A stretch of DNA of 32,572 bases from the IMG/VR virus record IMGVR_UViG_2802429232_000006, one strand, 5' to 3'. The DNA comes from a virus. Taxonomy: Duplodnaviria > Heunggongvirae > Uroviricota > Caudoviricetes. A model generated the notes under the pieces. That model saw only the letters and a list, made by a program, of their open reading frames with translations, was not told the origin of the DNA and searched no databases. This document shows, piece by piece, positions 8,220-16,996 of the stretch (its first letter is position 1; each line of letters begins with the position of its first letter). A program made the translations under genes and the position numbers.

Positions 8220-8926
8220 ATTTGTATATTTTGGCTGAGGGGCGACAAACAGAGCGAAGAATCTATCCGGCATGGATAGGCGTTCTATCTCCATCTTTAA
8301 AGCAAGTTGAGTGTTTGTCTGCAATAGATAAAAACAACTATTATTTTATAAGCGGCGAGGGATATCCTCGTATGATTGATGTGACGCTTATTAATGCAAT
8401 TAAAGATATACATGATAACCCTAAATTTACCGATTTTTGGGTTGTGCTAGACTCTGAAGGAGAGGATGTTGAGGCAAGGAGAGAGCTTGTTAGAAATAAG
8501 ATTGATTCTTCTGGTATAGATATATCTCATTGTGAAGTAAATATAATAGTTCAAAATCCGTGCATAGAAACGTGGGGGCTAGGGAATCGAGTCATTATTT
8601 CGCCAAATAAGTTGACTGAATCTTTTTTGGACTATTATGAGCACTATGATGTGTCATCCAATGATCCAGAGGGTATGGGAAAGCCTCTTGCCTATGACGG
8701 ATCAATTGCTAAGTATCACGAGAGTTATTTAAAAAGTATGCTTGCTTTAAGAAATGCAATGTATACGAAAAAAAATCCAGCAGCATTGATGGAGCCTTCA
8801 TATTTGCAACAGCTTATATCCAGAGCTTATGCTGAGGATGGACATATACCAAGCTTTAGGCATTTTCATACGTTGGCTACTCAGCTTGAGGCTAAAGCGA
8901 AAATGTTGGAAAGCCGTGTAGCGTAG
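8216..8926 (+). CDS. Partner protein with TOPRIM/DUF4276-like acidic motifs, candidate effector
   Basis: 236 aa; ATGA overlap with ATPase stop; N-terminal LYILAEG..E, later VVLDSEGED and NPCIETW motifs. Confidence 0.75.
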   Translation: MNLYILAEGRQTERRIYPAWIGVLSPSLKQVECLSAIDKNNYYFISGEGYPRMIDVTLINAIKDIHDNPKFTDFWVVLDSEGEDVEARRELVRNKIDSSGIDISHCEVNIIVQNPCIETWGLGNRVIISPNKLTESFLDYYEHYDVSSNDPEGMGKPLAYDGSIAKYHESYLKSMLALRNAMYTKKNPAALMEPSYLQQLISRAYAEDGHIPSFRHFHTLATQLEAKAKMLESRVA

Positions 8927-8930
8927 AATT

Positions 8931-8977
8931 GACGACATCATGCTTTTTTGTGCATGATGTCGCATTTGTTTTTTTAT
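8931..8977 (+). terminator. Rho-independent terminator after the cargo cassette
   Basis: Stem GACATCATGC / GCATGATGTC (8934-8943 / 8952-8961), 8-nt loop, then a T-rich tract (8966-8976). Confidence 0.7.
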
Positions 8978-9060
8978 GTCCTCTCTAACCAATATTGCTC
9001 TGTTCGTTAGTATTTGTAGCGGGCATGCACCTGCATTAAAACCGACCCATGAAGTGGGCG

Positions 9061-9079
9061 GGCGAGGCGGGGAAAGCAC
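9061..9079. other. cos: cos site (19-nt cohesive end sequence)
   Basis: GGCGAGGCGGGGAAAGCAC matches the P2 cohesive end as I recall it; lies between the accessory region and Q as in P2. Confidence 0.7.
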
Positions 9080-9221
9080 TGCGCGCTGGCGGTGGTGCTG
9101 ATTTTATTTTTTCAGCGTCTGAGCGCGTCGTGATGGCGTTTAGATTGTGCGCCGGGGTGTTGGTGTGTCTGCGGGATGTTTTGTGCGGTGGTGAGCGTGT
9201 GAGGGCGTGATGACGGGGGGT

Positions 9222-9243
9222 AAAAAAGCCGCCCGCAGGCGGC
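9222..9243 (-). terminator. Rho-independent terminator downstream of Q (minus strand)
   Basis: On the minus strand: GCCGCC-TGCG-GGCGGC hairpin followed by U6 (plus-strand A6 at 9222-9227), immediately after the Q stop. Confidence 0.7.
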
Positions 9244-9248
9244 GATGT

Positions 9249-10283
9249 TCAGCCGTTGTCAGTGTCCAGTGAGTAGTTTTTAAAGCGGATGACCTCCTGG
9301 CCGAGCCAGCCGTTTATTTCCCGAATCCTGTCCTGTAGCGGGATAAGCTCATTGCGGACAAAGACCTTTGCCACTTTCTCAATATCACCCAGCGACCCGA
9401 CGTTCTCCGGCTTGCCGCCCATCAACTGAAAGGGGATGCGGTGCGCGTCCAGCAGGTCTGCGGCACTGGCTTTTTTGATATTAAAAAAATCGTCCTTCGT
9501 TGCCACTTCACTGAGCGGGATAATTTTAATGCCGTCAGCTTTCCCCTGTGGGGCATAGAGAAACAGATTTTTAAAGTTGTTGCGGCCTTTCGATTTAACC
9601 ATGTTTTCGCGGAGCATTTCGATATCGTTGCGATCCTGCACGGCATCGGTGACGTACATGATGTATCCGGCATGTGCGCCGTTTTCGTAATACTTTCGGC
9701 GGAACAGCGTGGCCGACTCATTCAGCCAGGCAGAGTTAAGGGCGCTGAGGTATTCCGGCAGGCCGTACAGCTCCTGATTAATATCCGGCTCCAGCAGGTG
9801 AAACACGGAGCCGGGCGTGAAAGGTGTCGGCTCGTTGAAGGAAGGCACCCACCAGTAAACATCCTCTTCCACGCCACGGCGGGTATATTTTGCCGGTGAG
9901 GTTTCCAGTCTGATGACCTTACCGGTGGTGCTGTAACGCTTTTCCAGAAACGCATTACCGAACACCAGAAAATCCAGCACAAAGCGGCTGAAATCCTGCT
10001 GGGACAGCCACGGATGCGGGATAAATGTCGAGGCCAGAATATTACGTTTGACGTAAATCGGGGAGCTGTGATGCACGGCAGCACGCAGGCTTTTTGCCAG
10101 ACCGGTAAAGCTGACCGGCGGCTCATACCATCTGCCGTTACTGATGCACTCGACGTAATCCAGAATGTCACGGCGGTCGAGTACCGGCACCGGCTCACCA
10201 AAGGTGAATGCCTCCATTTTCGGGGCGCTGGCGGTGATTGTTTTTGCCGCAGGTTGCGGTGTTTTCCCTTTTTTCTTGCTCAT
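9249..10283 (-). CDS. Q: Portal (capsid portal) protein Q
   Basis: 344 aa, the P2 Q length; start overlaps the P stop. Confidence 0.93.
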   Translation of the reverse strand: MSKKKGKTPQPAAKTITASAPKMEAFTFGEPVPVLDRRDILDYVECISNGRWYEPPVSFTGLAKSLRAAVHHSSPIYVKRNILASTFIPHPWLSQQDFSRFVLDFLVFGNAFLEKRYSTTGKVIRLETSPAKYTRRGVEEDVYWWVPSFNEPTPFTPGSVFHLLEPDINQELYGLPEYLSALNSAWLNESATLFRRKYYENGAHAGYIMYVTDAVQDRNDIEMLRENMVKSKGRNNFKNLFLYAPQGKADGIKIIPLSEVATKDDFFNIKKASAADLLDAHRIPFQLMGGKPENVGSLGDIEKVAKVFVRNELIPLQDRIREINGWLGQEVIRFKNYSLDTDNG

Positions 10284-12055
10284 CAGTAAAACTCCAGAAT
10301 GGTGGATGTCAGCGGGGTGCTGATACCGGCGGTGAGAGGCTCATTTAACAGGGCGTGCATGGTCGCCCAGGCGAGGTCGGCGTGGCTGGCTTCCTCGCTG
10401 CGGCTGGCCTCATAGGTGGCGCTGCGTCCGCTGCTGGTCATGGTCTTGCGGATAGCCATAAACGAGCTGGTGATGTCGGTGGCGCTGACGTCATATTCCA
10501 GACAGCCACGGCGGATAACGTCTTTTGCCTTGAGCACCATTGCGGTTTTCATTTCCGGCGTGTAGCGGATATCGCGCGCGGCGGGATAGAACGAGCGCAC
10601 AAGCTGGAACACGCCGACACCGAGGCCGGTGGCATCAATACCGATGTATTCGACGTTGTATTTTTCGGTGAGTTTGCGGATGGATTCCGCCTGGGTGGCA
10701 AAGTCCATGCCTTTCCACTGGTGACGCTCAAGTATTCTGAATTTGCCACCGGCCACCACCGGCGGTGCCAGTACCACGCATCCGGCGCTGTCGCCACGGT
10801 GTGACGGGTCGTAACCAATCCATACCGGGCGGGAGCCGAACGGATTGGCGGCAAACGGCGCATAGTCTTCCCATTCTTCCAGCGTGTCGACCATGCAGCG
10901 TTGCAGCTCCTCGAACGGGAACACCGACGCCTTGTCGTCAACAAATTCACACATGAACAGGTTTTTAAAATCGTCGGCGCTGTTTTCGCGTTTAAGCTGC
11001 TCAATGTCGAACAGCGTGCAGCCACCTTTCAGGGCGTCCTCAATGGTGACAATCTGCCGCCACTGGCCGTCCGCACAGAGAAGCCCACCGGCAAGGGCGT
11101 TATGACTGACGTCGATTTCCACGCGTTCGGCGGCGCTGGCGCGTCCCCGGTTAAACAGTTCACCCGACCAGAACGGGTAGGCGTCGTGCGCCAGCGTGGA
11201 CGGGGTGGAGAAATAGGTCGAGCGCAGGTGACTCTGTGAGGCCATACCTGATGCCACCTTACGCAGTACCTGAAAATTCGGGATCCAGAAAATCTCGTCG
11301 ACGTACAGGTCGCCGTTATGGCTCTGCGCGGTGTTGGAGTTGGTGCCGAGAAAAATCAGTTTTGCGCCGTTATTGCCCAGGACAATCGGGTCACCGGTCA
11401 GGTCAACGTCAACCAGACGGGCAAAGGCGATGATGTATTCACGGAACACATACGCCTGCGTTTTACTGGCCGACAGAAAAATCTGGTTATGACCGGTTTT
11501 CAGGGCGCGCAGCAGCGCCTCGCGGGAAAAATAAAACGTCGCGCCAATCTGGCGGGATTTCAGGATATCGCGAATGCGGTGCTCAAGCCCGGCGCGATAC
11601 CAGTGCAACTGATAGTCGAAAGACTGCTCAAAGAAAATCTGCTCCAGCTTTTCGATGGCCTCGTCACTGAAAAAATTCTTTTTCGGTTTGCGACGCCCGC
11701 CTTTGTTGCGGTTAGCGACGTTCGGATTAAGGTCTGCCTCGTTGCCGGTCTGGCTGTAACGGTTTACCCGTGCCAGTCGTTCAATCTGGCGTCCCAGCAG
11801 GTCAATTTCCTTGAAGTCACCACCGGTTTTCTGCGGTTTGATGATGAGCTGGGTCAGCCGCGCTTCCAGACTCATTTCGACACGGCTGATGGGGGCAACG
11901 CTGTCCCAGCCGTCGCGCTGTTTCCAGCTCTGCACCGTCGGGCGTTTCATCTGCAACATGGCGGCAATCTGCGGCACGGAAAACCCCTGCCAGTACAGCA
12001 GCGCCGCCTGACGACGCGGGTCGTGTAAAAGAGTGGTGTCTGTGGTGATGGTCAT
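10283..12055 (-). CDS. P: Terminase large subunit (ATPase) P
   Basis: ORF track gives 600 aa from 12085; an internal Met (MTITTDTT...) gives 590 aa, the P2 P length; Walker-like and nuclease regions present. Confidence 0.9.
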   Translation of the reverse strand: MTITTDTTLLHDPRRQAALLYWQGFSVPQIAAMLQMKRPTVQSWKQRDGWDSVAPISRVEMSLEARLTQLIIKPQKTGGDFKEIDLLGRQIERLARVNRYSQTGNEADLNPNVANRNKGGRRKPKKNFFSDEAIEKLEQIFFEQSFDYQLHWYRAGLEHRIRDILKSRQIGATFYFSREALLRALKTGHNQIFLSASKTQAYVFREYIIAFARLVDVDLTGDPIVLGNNGAKLIFLGTNSNTAQSHNGDLYVDEIFWIPNFQVLRKVASGMASQSHLRSTYFSTPSTLAHDAYPFWSGELFNRGRASAAERVEIDVSHNALAGGLLCADGQWRQIVTIEDALKGGCTLFDIEQLKRENSADDFKNLFMCEFVDDKASVFPFEELQRCMVDTLEEWEDYAPFAANPFGSRPVWIGYDPSHRGDSAGCVVLAPPVVAGGKFRILERHQWKGMDFATQAESIRKLTEKYNVEYIGIDATGLGVGVFQLVRSFYPAARDIRYTPEMKTAMVLKAKDVIRRGCLEYDVSATDITSSFMAIRKTMTSSGRSATYEASRSEEASHADLAWATMHALLNEPLTAGISTPLTSTILEFY

Positions 12056-12228
12056 GAATACCTCGCCGTGATGAATACACGGCAAGGCTACTGAGTCGCG
12101 CCCCGCGATTCGCTAAGGTGCTGTTGTGTCAGTGATAAGCCATCCGGGACTGATGGCGGAGGATGCGCATCGTCGGGAAACTGATGCCGACATGTGACTC
12201 CTCTAATCACTATTCAGGACTCCTGACA
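12056..12228. promoter_or_regulatory. Divergent late promoter region (PP leftward, PO rightward), Ogr-dependent
   Basis: Intergenic between divergent P and O; by P2 analogy it holds the two Ogr-activated late promoters; I could not pinpoint the TGT-N12-ACA dyad. Confidence 0.5.
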
Positions 12229-13083
12229 ATGGCAAAAAAAGTCTCAAAATTCTTTCGTATCGGCGTTGAGGGTGACACCTGTGACGGGCGTGTCATCAGT
12301 GCGCAGGATATTCAGGAAATGGCCGAAACCTTTGACCCGCGTGTCTATGGTTGCCGCATTAACCTGGAACATCTGCGCGGCATCCTGCCTGACGGTATTT
12401 TTAAGCGTTATGGCGATGTGGCCGAACTGAAGGCGGAAAAGATTGACGACGATTCGGCGCTGAAAGGCAAATGGGCGCTGTTTGCGAAAATCACCCCGAC
12501 CGATGACCTTATCGCGATGAACAAGGCCGCGCAGAAGGTCTACACCTCAATGGAAATTCAGCCGAACTTTGCCAACACCGGCAAATGTTATCTGGTGGGG
12601 CTGGCCGTCACCGATGACCCGGCAAGCCTCGGCACGGAATACCTGGAATGCTGCCGCACGGCAAAACACAACCCCCTGAACCGCTTCAAATTAAGCCCTG
12701 AAAACCTGATTTCAGTGGCAACGCCCGTTGAGCTGGAATTTGAAGACCTGCCTGAAACCGTGTTCACCGCCCTGACCGAAAAGGTGAAATCCATTTTTGG
12801 CCGCAAACAGGCCAGCGATGACGCCCGTCTGAATGACGTGCATGAAGCGGTGACCGCTGTTGCTGAACATGTGCAGGAAAAACTGAGCGCCACTGAGCAG
12901 CGCCTCGCTGAGGTGGAAACCGCCTTTTCCGCACTTAAGCAGGAGGTGACTGACAGGGCGGATGAAACCAGCCAGGCATTCACCCGCCTGAAAAACAGTC
13001 TCGACCACACCGAAAGTCTGACCCAGCAGCGCCGCAGCAAGGCCACCGGTGGTGGCGGTGACGCCCTGATGACGAACTGCTGA
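12229..13083 (+). CDS. O: Capsid scaffolding protein O
   Basis: ATG at 12229 (MAKKVSKFF...) gives 284 aa, the P2 O length; ORF-track start at 12163 is an upstream extension. Confidence 0.9.
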   Translation: MAKKVSKFFRIGVEGDTCDGRVISAQDIQEMAETFDPRVYGCRINLEHLRGILPDGIFKRYGDVAELKAEKIDDDSALKGKWALFAKITPTDDLIAMNKAAQKVYTSMEIQPNFANTGKCYLVGLAVTDDPASLGTEYLECCRTAKHNPLNRFKLSPENLISVATPVELEFEDLPETVFTALTEKVKSIFGRKQASDDARLNDVHEAVTAVAEHVQEKLSATEQRLAEVETAFSALKQEVTDRADETSQAFTRLKNSLDHTESLTQQRRSKATGGGGDALMTNC

Positions 13084-13141
13084 CCGGCGTCAGTCAGTCC
13101 GGGAAAACCTTCACGATTAACCCTTAATTTCAGGAAAAACT

Positions 13142-14215
13142 ATGCGCCAGGAAACCCGCTTTAAATTTAATGCCTACCTGTCCCGTGTTGCCGAACTGAA
13201 CGGCATCGACGCCGGTGATGTGTCGAAAAAATTCACCGTTGAACCGTCGGTCACCCAGACCCTGATGAACACCATGCAGGAGTCCTCTGACTTTCTGACC
13301 CGCATCAACATTGTGCCGGTCAGCGAAATGAAAGGGGAAAAAATTGGCATCGGTGTCACCGGCTCCATCGCCAGCACCACCGACACCGCCGGTGGCACCG
13401 AGCGTCAGCCGAAGGACTTCTCGAAGCTGGCGTCAAACAAGTACGAATGCGACCAGATTAACTTCGATTTTTATATCCGCTACAAAACGCTTGACCTGTG
13501 GGCGCGTTATCAGGATTTCCAGCTCCGTGTCCGTAACGCCATTATCAAACGCCAGTCCCTTGATTTCATCATGGCCGGTTTTAACGGCGTGAAGCGTGCC
13601 GAAACCTCTGACCGCAGCAGCAATCCGATGTTGCAGGATGTGGCGGTCGGCTGGCTGCAGAAATACCGCAATGAAGCTCCGGCGCGCGTGATGAGCAAGG
13701 TCACTGACGAGGAAGGCCATACCACCTCTGAGGTTATCCGCGTGGGTAAGGGCGGTGATTATGCCAGCCTCGATGCACTGGTGATGGATGCGACCAACAA
13801 CCTGATTGAGCCGTGGTATCAGGAAGACCCTGACCTTGTGGTGATTGTGGGACGTCAGCTACTGGCGGACAAGTATTTCCCCATCGTTAACAAGGAGCAG
13901 GATAACAGCGAAATGCTGGCCGCTGACGTCATCATCAGCCAGAAACGCATCGGTAACCTGCCGGCGGTGCGCGTCCCGTACTTCCCGGCAGATGCGATGC
14001 TCATCACGAAGCTGGAAAACCTGTCCATCTACTACATGGATGACAGCCATCGCCGCGTGATTGAGGAAAACCCGAAACTCGACCGCGTGGAGAACTACGA
14101 GTCAATGAACATTGATTACGTGGTGGAAGACTACGCCGCCGGTTGTCTGGTGGAAAAAATTAAGGTCGGTGATTTCTCCACACCGGCTAAGGCGACCGCA
14201 GAGCCGGGAGCGTAA
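13142..14215 (+). CDS. N: Major capsid protein N
   Basis: 357 aa, the P2 N length. Confidence 0.93.
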   Translation: MRQETRFKFNAYLSRVAELNGIDAGDVSKKFTVEPSVTQTLMNTMQESSDFLTRINIVPVSEMKGEKIGIGVTGSIASTTDTAGGTERQPKDFSKLASNKYECDQINFDFYIRYKTLDLWARYQDFQLRVRNAIIKRQSLDFIMAGFNGVKRAETSDRSSNPMLQDVAVGWLQKYRNEAPARVMSKVTDEEGHTTSEVIRVGKGGDYASLDALVMDATNNLIEPWYQEDPDLVVIVGRQLLADKYFPIVNKEQDNSEMLAADVIISQKRIGNLPAVRVPYFPADAMLITKLENLSIYYMDDSHRRVIEENPKLDRVENYESMNIDYVVEDYAAGCLVEKIKVGDFSTPAKATAEPGA

Positions 14216-14218
14216 CCG

Positions 14219-14962
14219 ATGACGAGTCCCGCACAGCGCCACATGATGCGGGTCTCGGCAGCGATGACCGCGCAGCGGGAAGCCGCCCCGCTGCGACATG
14301 CAACTGTCTATGAGCAGATGCTGGTCAAGCTGGCCGCAGACCAGCGCACACTGAAAGCGATTTATTCAAAAGAGCTGAAGGCCGCGAAAAAACGCGAACT
14401 GCTGCCGTTCTGGTTGCCGTGGGTGAACGGCGTGCTGGAGCAGGGCAAAGGTGCACAGGATGACATTCTGATGACGGTCATGCTGTGGCGTCTGGATACC
14501 GGCGATATTGCCGGTGCGCTGGAGATTGCCCGTTATGCCCTGAAGTACGGTCTGACCATGCCGGGTAAACACCGCCGCACCCCGCCGTACATGTTCACCG
14601 AGGAGGTGGCGCTCGCGGCCATGCGCGCTCACGCTGCCGGTGAGTCTGTGGAGCCCCGCCTGCTGACGGACACCCTTGAGCTGACCGCCACAGCTGACAT
14701 GCCTGATGAAGTGCGCGCAAAGCTGCACAAAATCACCGGTCTGTTTCTGCGTGACGCTGGTGATGCCGCCGGTGCGCTGGCTCACCTGCAACGTGCGACA
14801 CAGCTTGACTGTCAGGCAGGCGTCAAAAAAGAGATTGAACGACTGGAGCGGGAGCTGAAACCGAAGCCGGAGCCGCAGCCAAAAGCGGCCACCCGCGCCC
14901 CGCGTAAGACCCGGAGCGTGACACCGGCAAAACGTGGACGCCCGAAAAAGAAAGCCAGTTAA
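14219..14962 (+). CDS. M: Terminase small subunit / endonuclease M
   Basis: 247 aa, the P2 M length; basic KR-rich C-terminus. Confidence 0.9.
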   Translation: MTSPAQRHMMRVSAAMTAQREAAPLRHATVYEQMLVKLAADQRTLKAIYSKELKAAKKRELLPFWLPWVNGVLEQGKGAQDDILMTVMLWRLDTGDIAGALEIARYALKYGLTMPGKHRRTPPYMFTEEVALAAMRAHAAGESVEPRLLTDTLELTATADMPDEVRAKLHKITGLFLRDAGDAAGALAHLQRATQLDCQAGVKKEIERLERELKPKPEPQPKAATRAPRKTRSVTPAKRGRPKKKAS

Positions 14963-15061
14963 CAACCGAATGCGCCCCGCGCCAGGGCGGCACGCCGGTC
15001 AGTGAGGGTGAATCACCTGACACTGCACCGGCGTCCACCGCCCGACTTTTCAGAGGTAGTC

Positions 15062-15571
15062 ATGATGACGCTGATTATTCCGCGAAAGGAGGCTCCCGTG
15101 TCCGGTGAGGGTACGGTGGTCATCCCGCAACCGGCAGGCGACGAGCCGGTGATTAAAAACACGTTCTTTTTTCCCGATATCGACCCGAAGCGCGTCCGGG
15201 AACGTATGCGCCTTGAGCAGACCGTCGCCCCCGCCCGTCTGCGTGAGGCCATCAAGTCAGGCATGGCGGAGACGAATGCGGAGCTGTACGAGTACCGCGA
15301 ACAGAAAATTGCCGCCGGTTTTACGCGTCTGGCGGACGTTCCGGCGGACGACATCGACGGTGAAAGCATCAAAGTTTTTTACTACGAGCGTGCCGTGTGT
15401 GCGATGGCGACCGCGTCGCTTTATGAGCGTTATCGCGGCGTGGATGCCAGTGCGAAAGGCGACAAGAAGGCTGACAGCATTGACAGCACCATTGATGAAC
15501 TGTGGCGGGATATGCGCTGGGCGGTGGCGCGTATCCAGGACAAGCCGCGCTGCATCGTGAGTCAAATCTGA
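15062..15571 (+). CDS. L: Head completion/stabilisation protein L
   Basis: ATG at 15062 with GAGG RBS gives 169 aa, the P2 L length; ORF-track start at 15002 is GTG. Confidence 0.88.
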   Translation: MMTLIIPRKEAPVSGEGTVVIPQPAGDEPVIKNTFFFPDIDPKRVRERMRLEQTVAPARLREAIKSGMAETNAELYEYREQKIAAGFTRLADVPADDIDGESIKVFYYERAVCAMATASLYERYRGVDASAKGDKKADSIDSTIDELWRDMRWAVARIQDKPRCIVSQI

Positions 15572-15774
15572 TGAAGACCTTTGCGCTACAGGGCGACACG
15601 CTCGACGCCATTTGTGTCCGGTATTACGGGCGCACTGAGGGCGTGGTTGAGACCGTGCTCGCCGCAAATCCGGGACTGGCTGAACTGGGTGCGGTGCTGC
15701 CACACGGCACCGCCGTCGAACTGCCTGACGTTCAGACCGCGCCCGTGGCTGAAACTGTCAATCTGTGGGAGTAA
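15571..15774 (+). CDS. X: Tail protein X
   Basis: 67 aa from ATG 15571 (MKTFALQGDTLD...), overlapping the L stop; P2 X length. Confidence 0.88.
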   Translation: MKTFALQGDTLDAICVRYYGRTEGVVETVLAANPGLAELGAVLPHGTAVELPDVQTAPVAETVNLWE

Positions 15775-15777
15775 CGC

Positions 15778-16059
15778 ATGACAGCAGAAGAAAAAAGCGT
15801 CCTGTCGCTTTTCATGATTGGAGTGCTGATTGTTGTCGGCAAGGTGCTTGCCGGTGGTGAACCCATCACCCCGCGTCTGTTTATCGGGCGCATGTTGCTC
15901 GGTGGTTTTGTCTCAATGGTTGCCGGTGTTGTTCTGGTGCAGTTTCCTGACCTGTCACTGCCTGCGGTGTGCGGCATCGGCTCCATGCTGGGTATCGCCG
16001 GTTATCAGGTGATTGAGATTGCCATTCAGCGCCGCTTTAAGGGCAGGGGGAAACCGTAA
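15778..16059 (+). CDS. Y: Holin Y
   Basis: 93 aa, three hydrophobic segments, charged C-terminus; P2 Y length. Confidence 0.9.
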   Translation: MTAEEKSVLSLFMIGVLIVVGKVLAGGEPITPRLFIGRMLLGGFVSMVAGVVLVQFPDLSLPAVCGIGSMLGIAGYQVIEIAIQRRFKGRGKP

Positions 16060-16556
16060 TGCCGGTAATTAACACGCACCAGAATATCGCCGCCTTTCTC
16101 GACATGCTGGCGGTGTCCGAAGGGACGGCGAATCATCCGCTGACGAAAAAACGGGGCTATGACGTGATAGTCACCGGACTGGACGGAAAGCCGGAAATCT
16201 TCACCGACTACAGTGACCACCCGTTCGCGCATGGCCGACCGGCGAAGGTGTTTAACCGTCGCGGTGAAAAGTCCACGGCCTCCGGTCGCTATCAGCAGCT
16301 TTACCTGTTCTGGCCGCACTACCGCAAACAGCTTGCCCTGCCGGATTTCAGTCCGTTGTCACAGGACAGACTCGCCATTCAGTTGATCCGCGAACGCGGT
16401 GCACTGGATGACATCCGGGCGGGACGCATTGAGCGCGCCATTTCACGCTGTCGCAATATCTGGGCGTCCCTGCCGGGTGCCGGTTACGGTCAGCGTGAGC
16501 ATTCACTGGAAAAACTGGTCACCGTCTGGCGTACCGCTGGCGGCGTACCGGCTTAA
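16059..16556 (+). CDS. K: Endolysin K (lysozyme-like)
   Basis: 165 aa, the P2 K length; E-x8-D/T-like catalytic region near the N-terminus. Confidence 0.9.
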   Translation: MPVINTHQNIAAFLDMLAVSEGTANHPLTKKRGYDVIVTGLDGKPEIFTDYSDHPFAHGRPAKVFNRRGEKSTASGRYQQLYLFWPHYRKQLALPDFSPLSQDRLAIQLIRERGALDDIRAGRIERAISRCRNIWASLPGAGYGQREHSLEKLVTVWRTAGGVPA

Positions 16557-16570
16557 ACGGAGTAAACACC

Positions 16571-16996
16571 ATGAAGAAATTATTCCTTTCACTGATGCTG
16601 AACGTGTCGCTGGCGCTGATGCTGGCACTGTCCCTGATTTACCCGCAGAGCGTGGCCGTCAGTTTTGTCGCCACCTGGGCGATTCTGGCGACGGTTATCT
16701 GTGTGGTTGCCGGTGGTGTCGGCGTGTATGCCACGGAGTATGTACTGGAACGCTACGGGCGGGCGCTGCCACCGGAATCGCTGGCCGTGAAGATTGTCAC
16801 GTCGCTGTTTTTGCAGCCGGTGCCGTGGTGCAGACGGGCGGCGGCTCTGGTGGTGATGGTGGCGACGTTTATCTCGCTGGTCGCTGCCGGGTGGATTTTT
16901 ACCGCGTTGATTTACTTCGTGGCGTCGGTGTTCTTCCGGCTGATACGTACGGCCTGCCGTCAGCGTTTTGAGGGGCGGGAATCATGTCAAAGCTGA
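16571..16996 (+). CDS. lysA: Lysis timing membrane protein LysA
   Basis: 141 aa, multiple TM segments; P2 LysA length. Confidence 0.85.
   Translation: MKKLFLSLMLNVSLALMLALSLIYPQSVAVSFVATWAILATVICVVAGGVGVYATEYVLERYGRALPPESLAVKIVTSLFLQPVPWCRRAAALVVMVATFISLVAAGWIFTALIYFVASVFFRLIRTACRQRFEGRESCQS

Noticed and set aside
7065-8926. Calling the cargo cassette the P2 old/tin genes themselves
   Set aside because: Old is a single-chain ATPase-TOPRIM protein of about 586 aa and tin is unrelated; here there are two separate proteins of 384/378 and 236 aa, so at most a split, OLD-like relative.
9422-12085. Numerous overlapping ORFs on both strands within Q and P (for example 9441-9899, 9722-10201, 10355-10804, 10549-11025, 11318-12028)
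   Set aside because: Alternative-frame or antisense ORFs inside the portal and terminase genes; R/A/P/S-rich composition typical of GC-rich frame artefacts.
12085-12163. Long N-terminal extensions in the ORF track for P (600 aa), O (306 aa), L (189 aa), X, lysC, A and ogr
   Set aside because: Internal start codons give products matching P2 protein lengths exactly and have better RBS context; the extensions run into intergenic or upstream coding sequence.
12588-15703. Antisense or alternative-frame ORFs inside O, N, M and L
   Set aside because: Overlap with exact-length capsid genes; no independent support.
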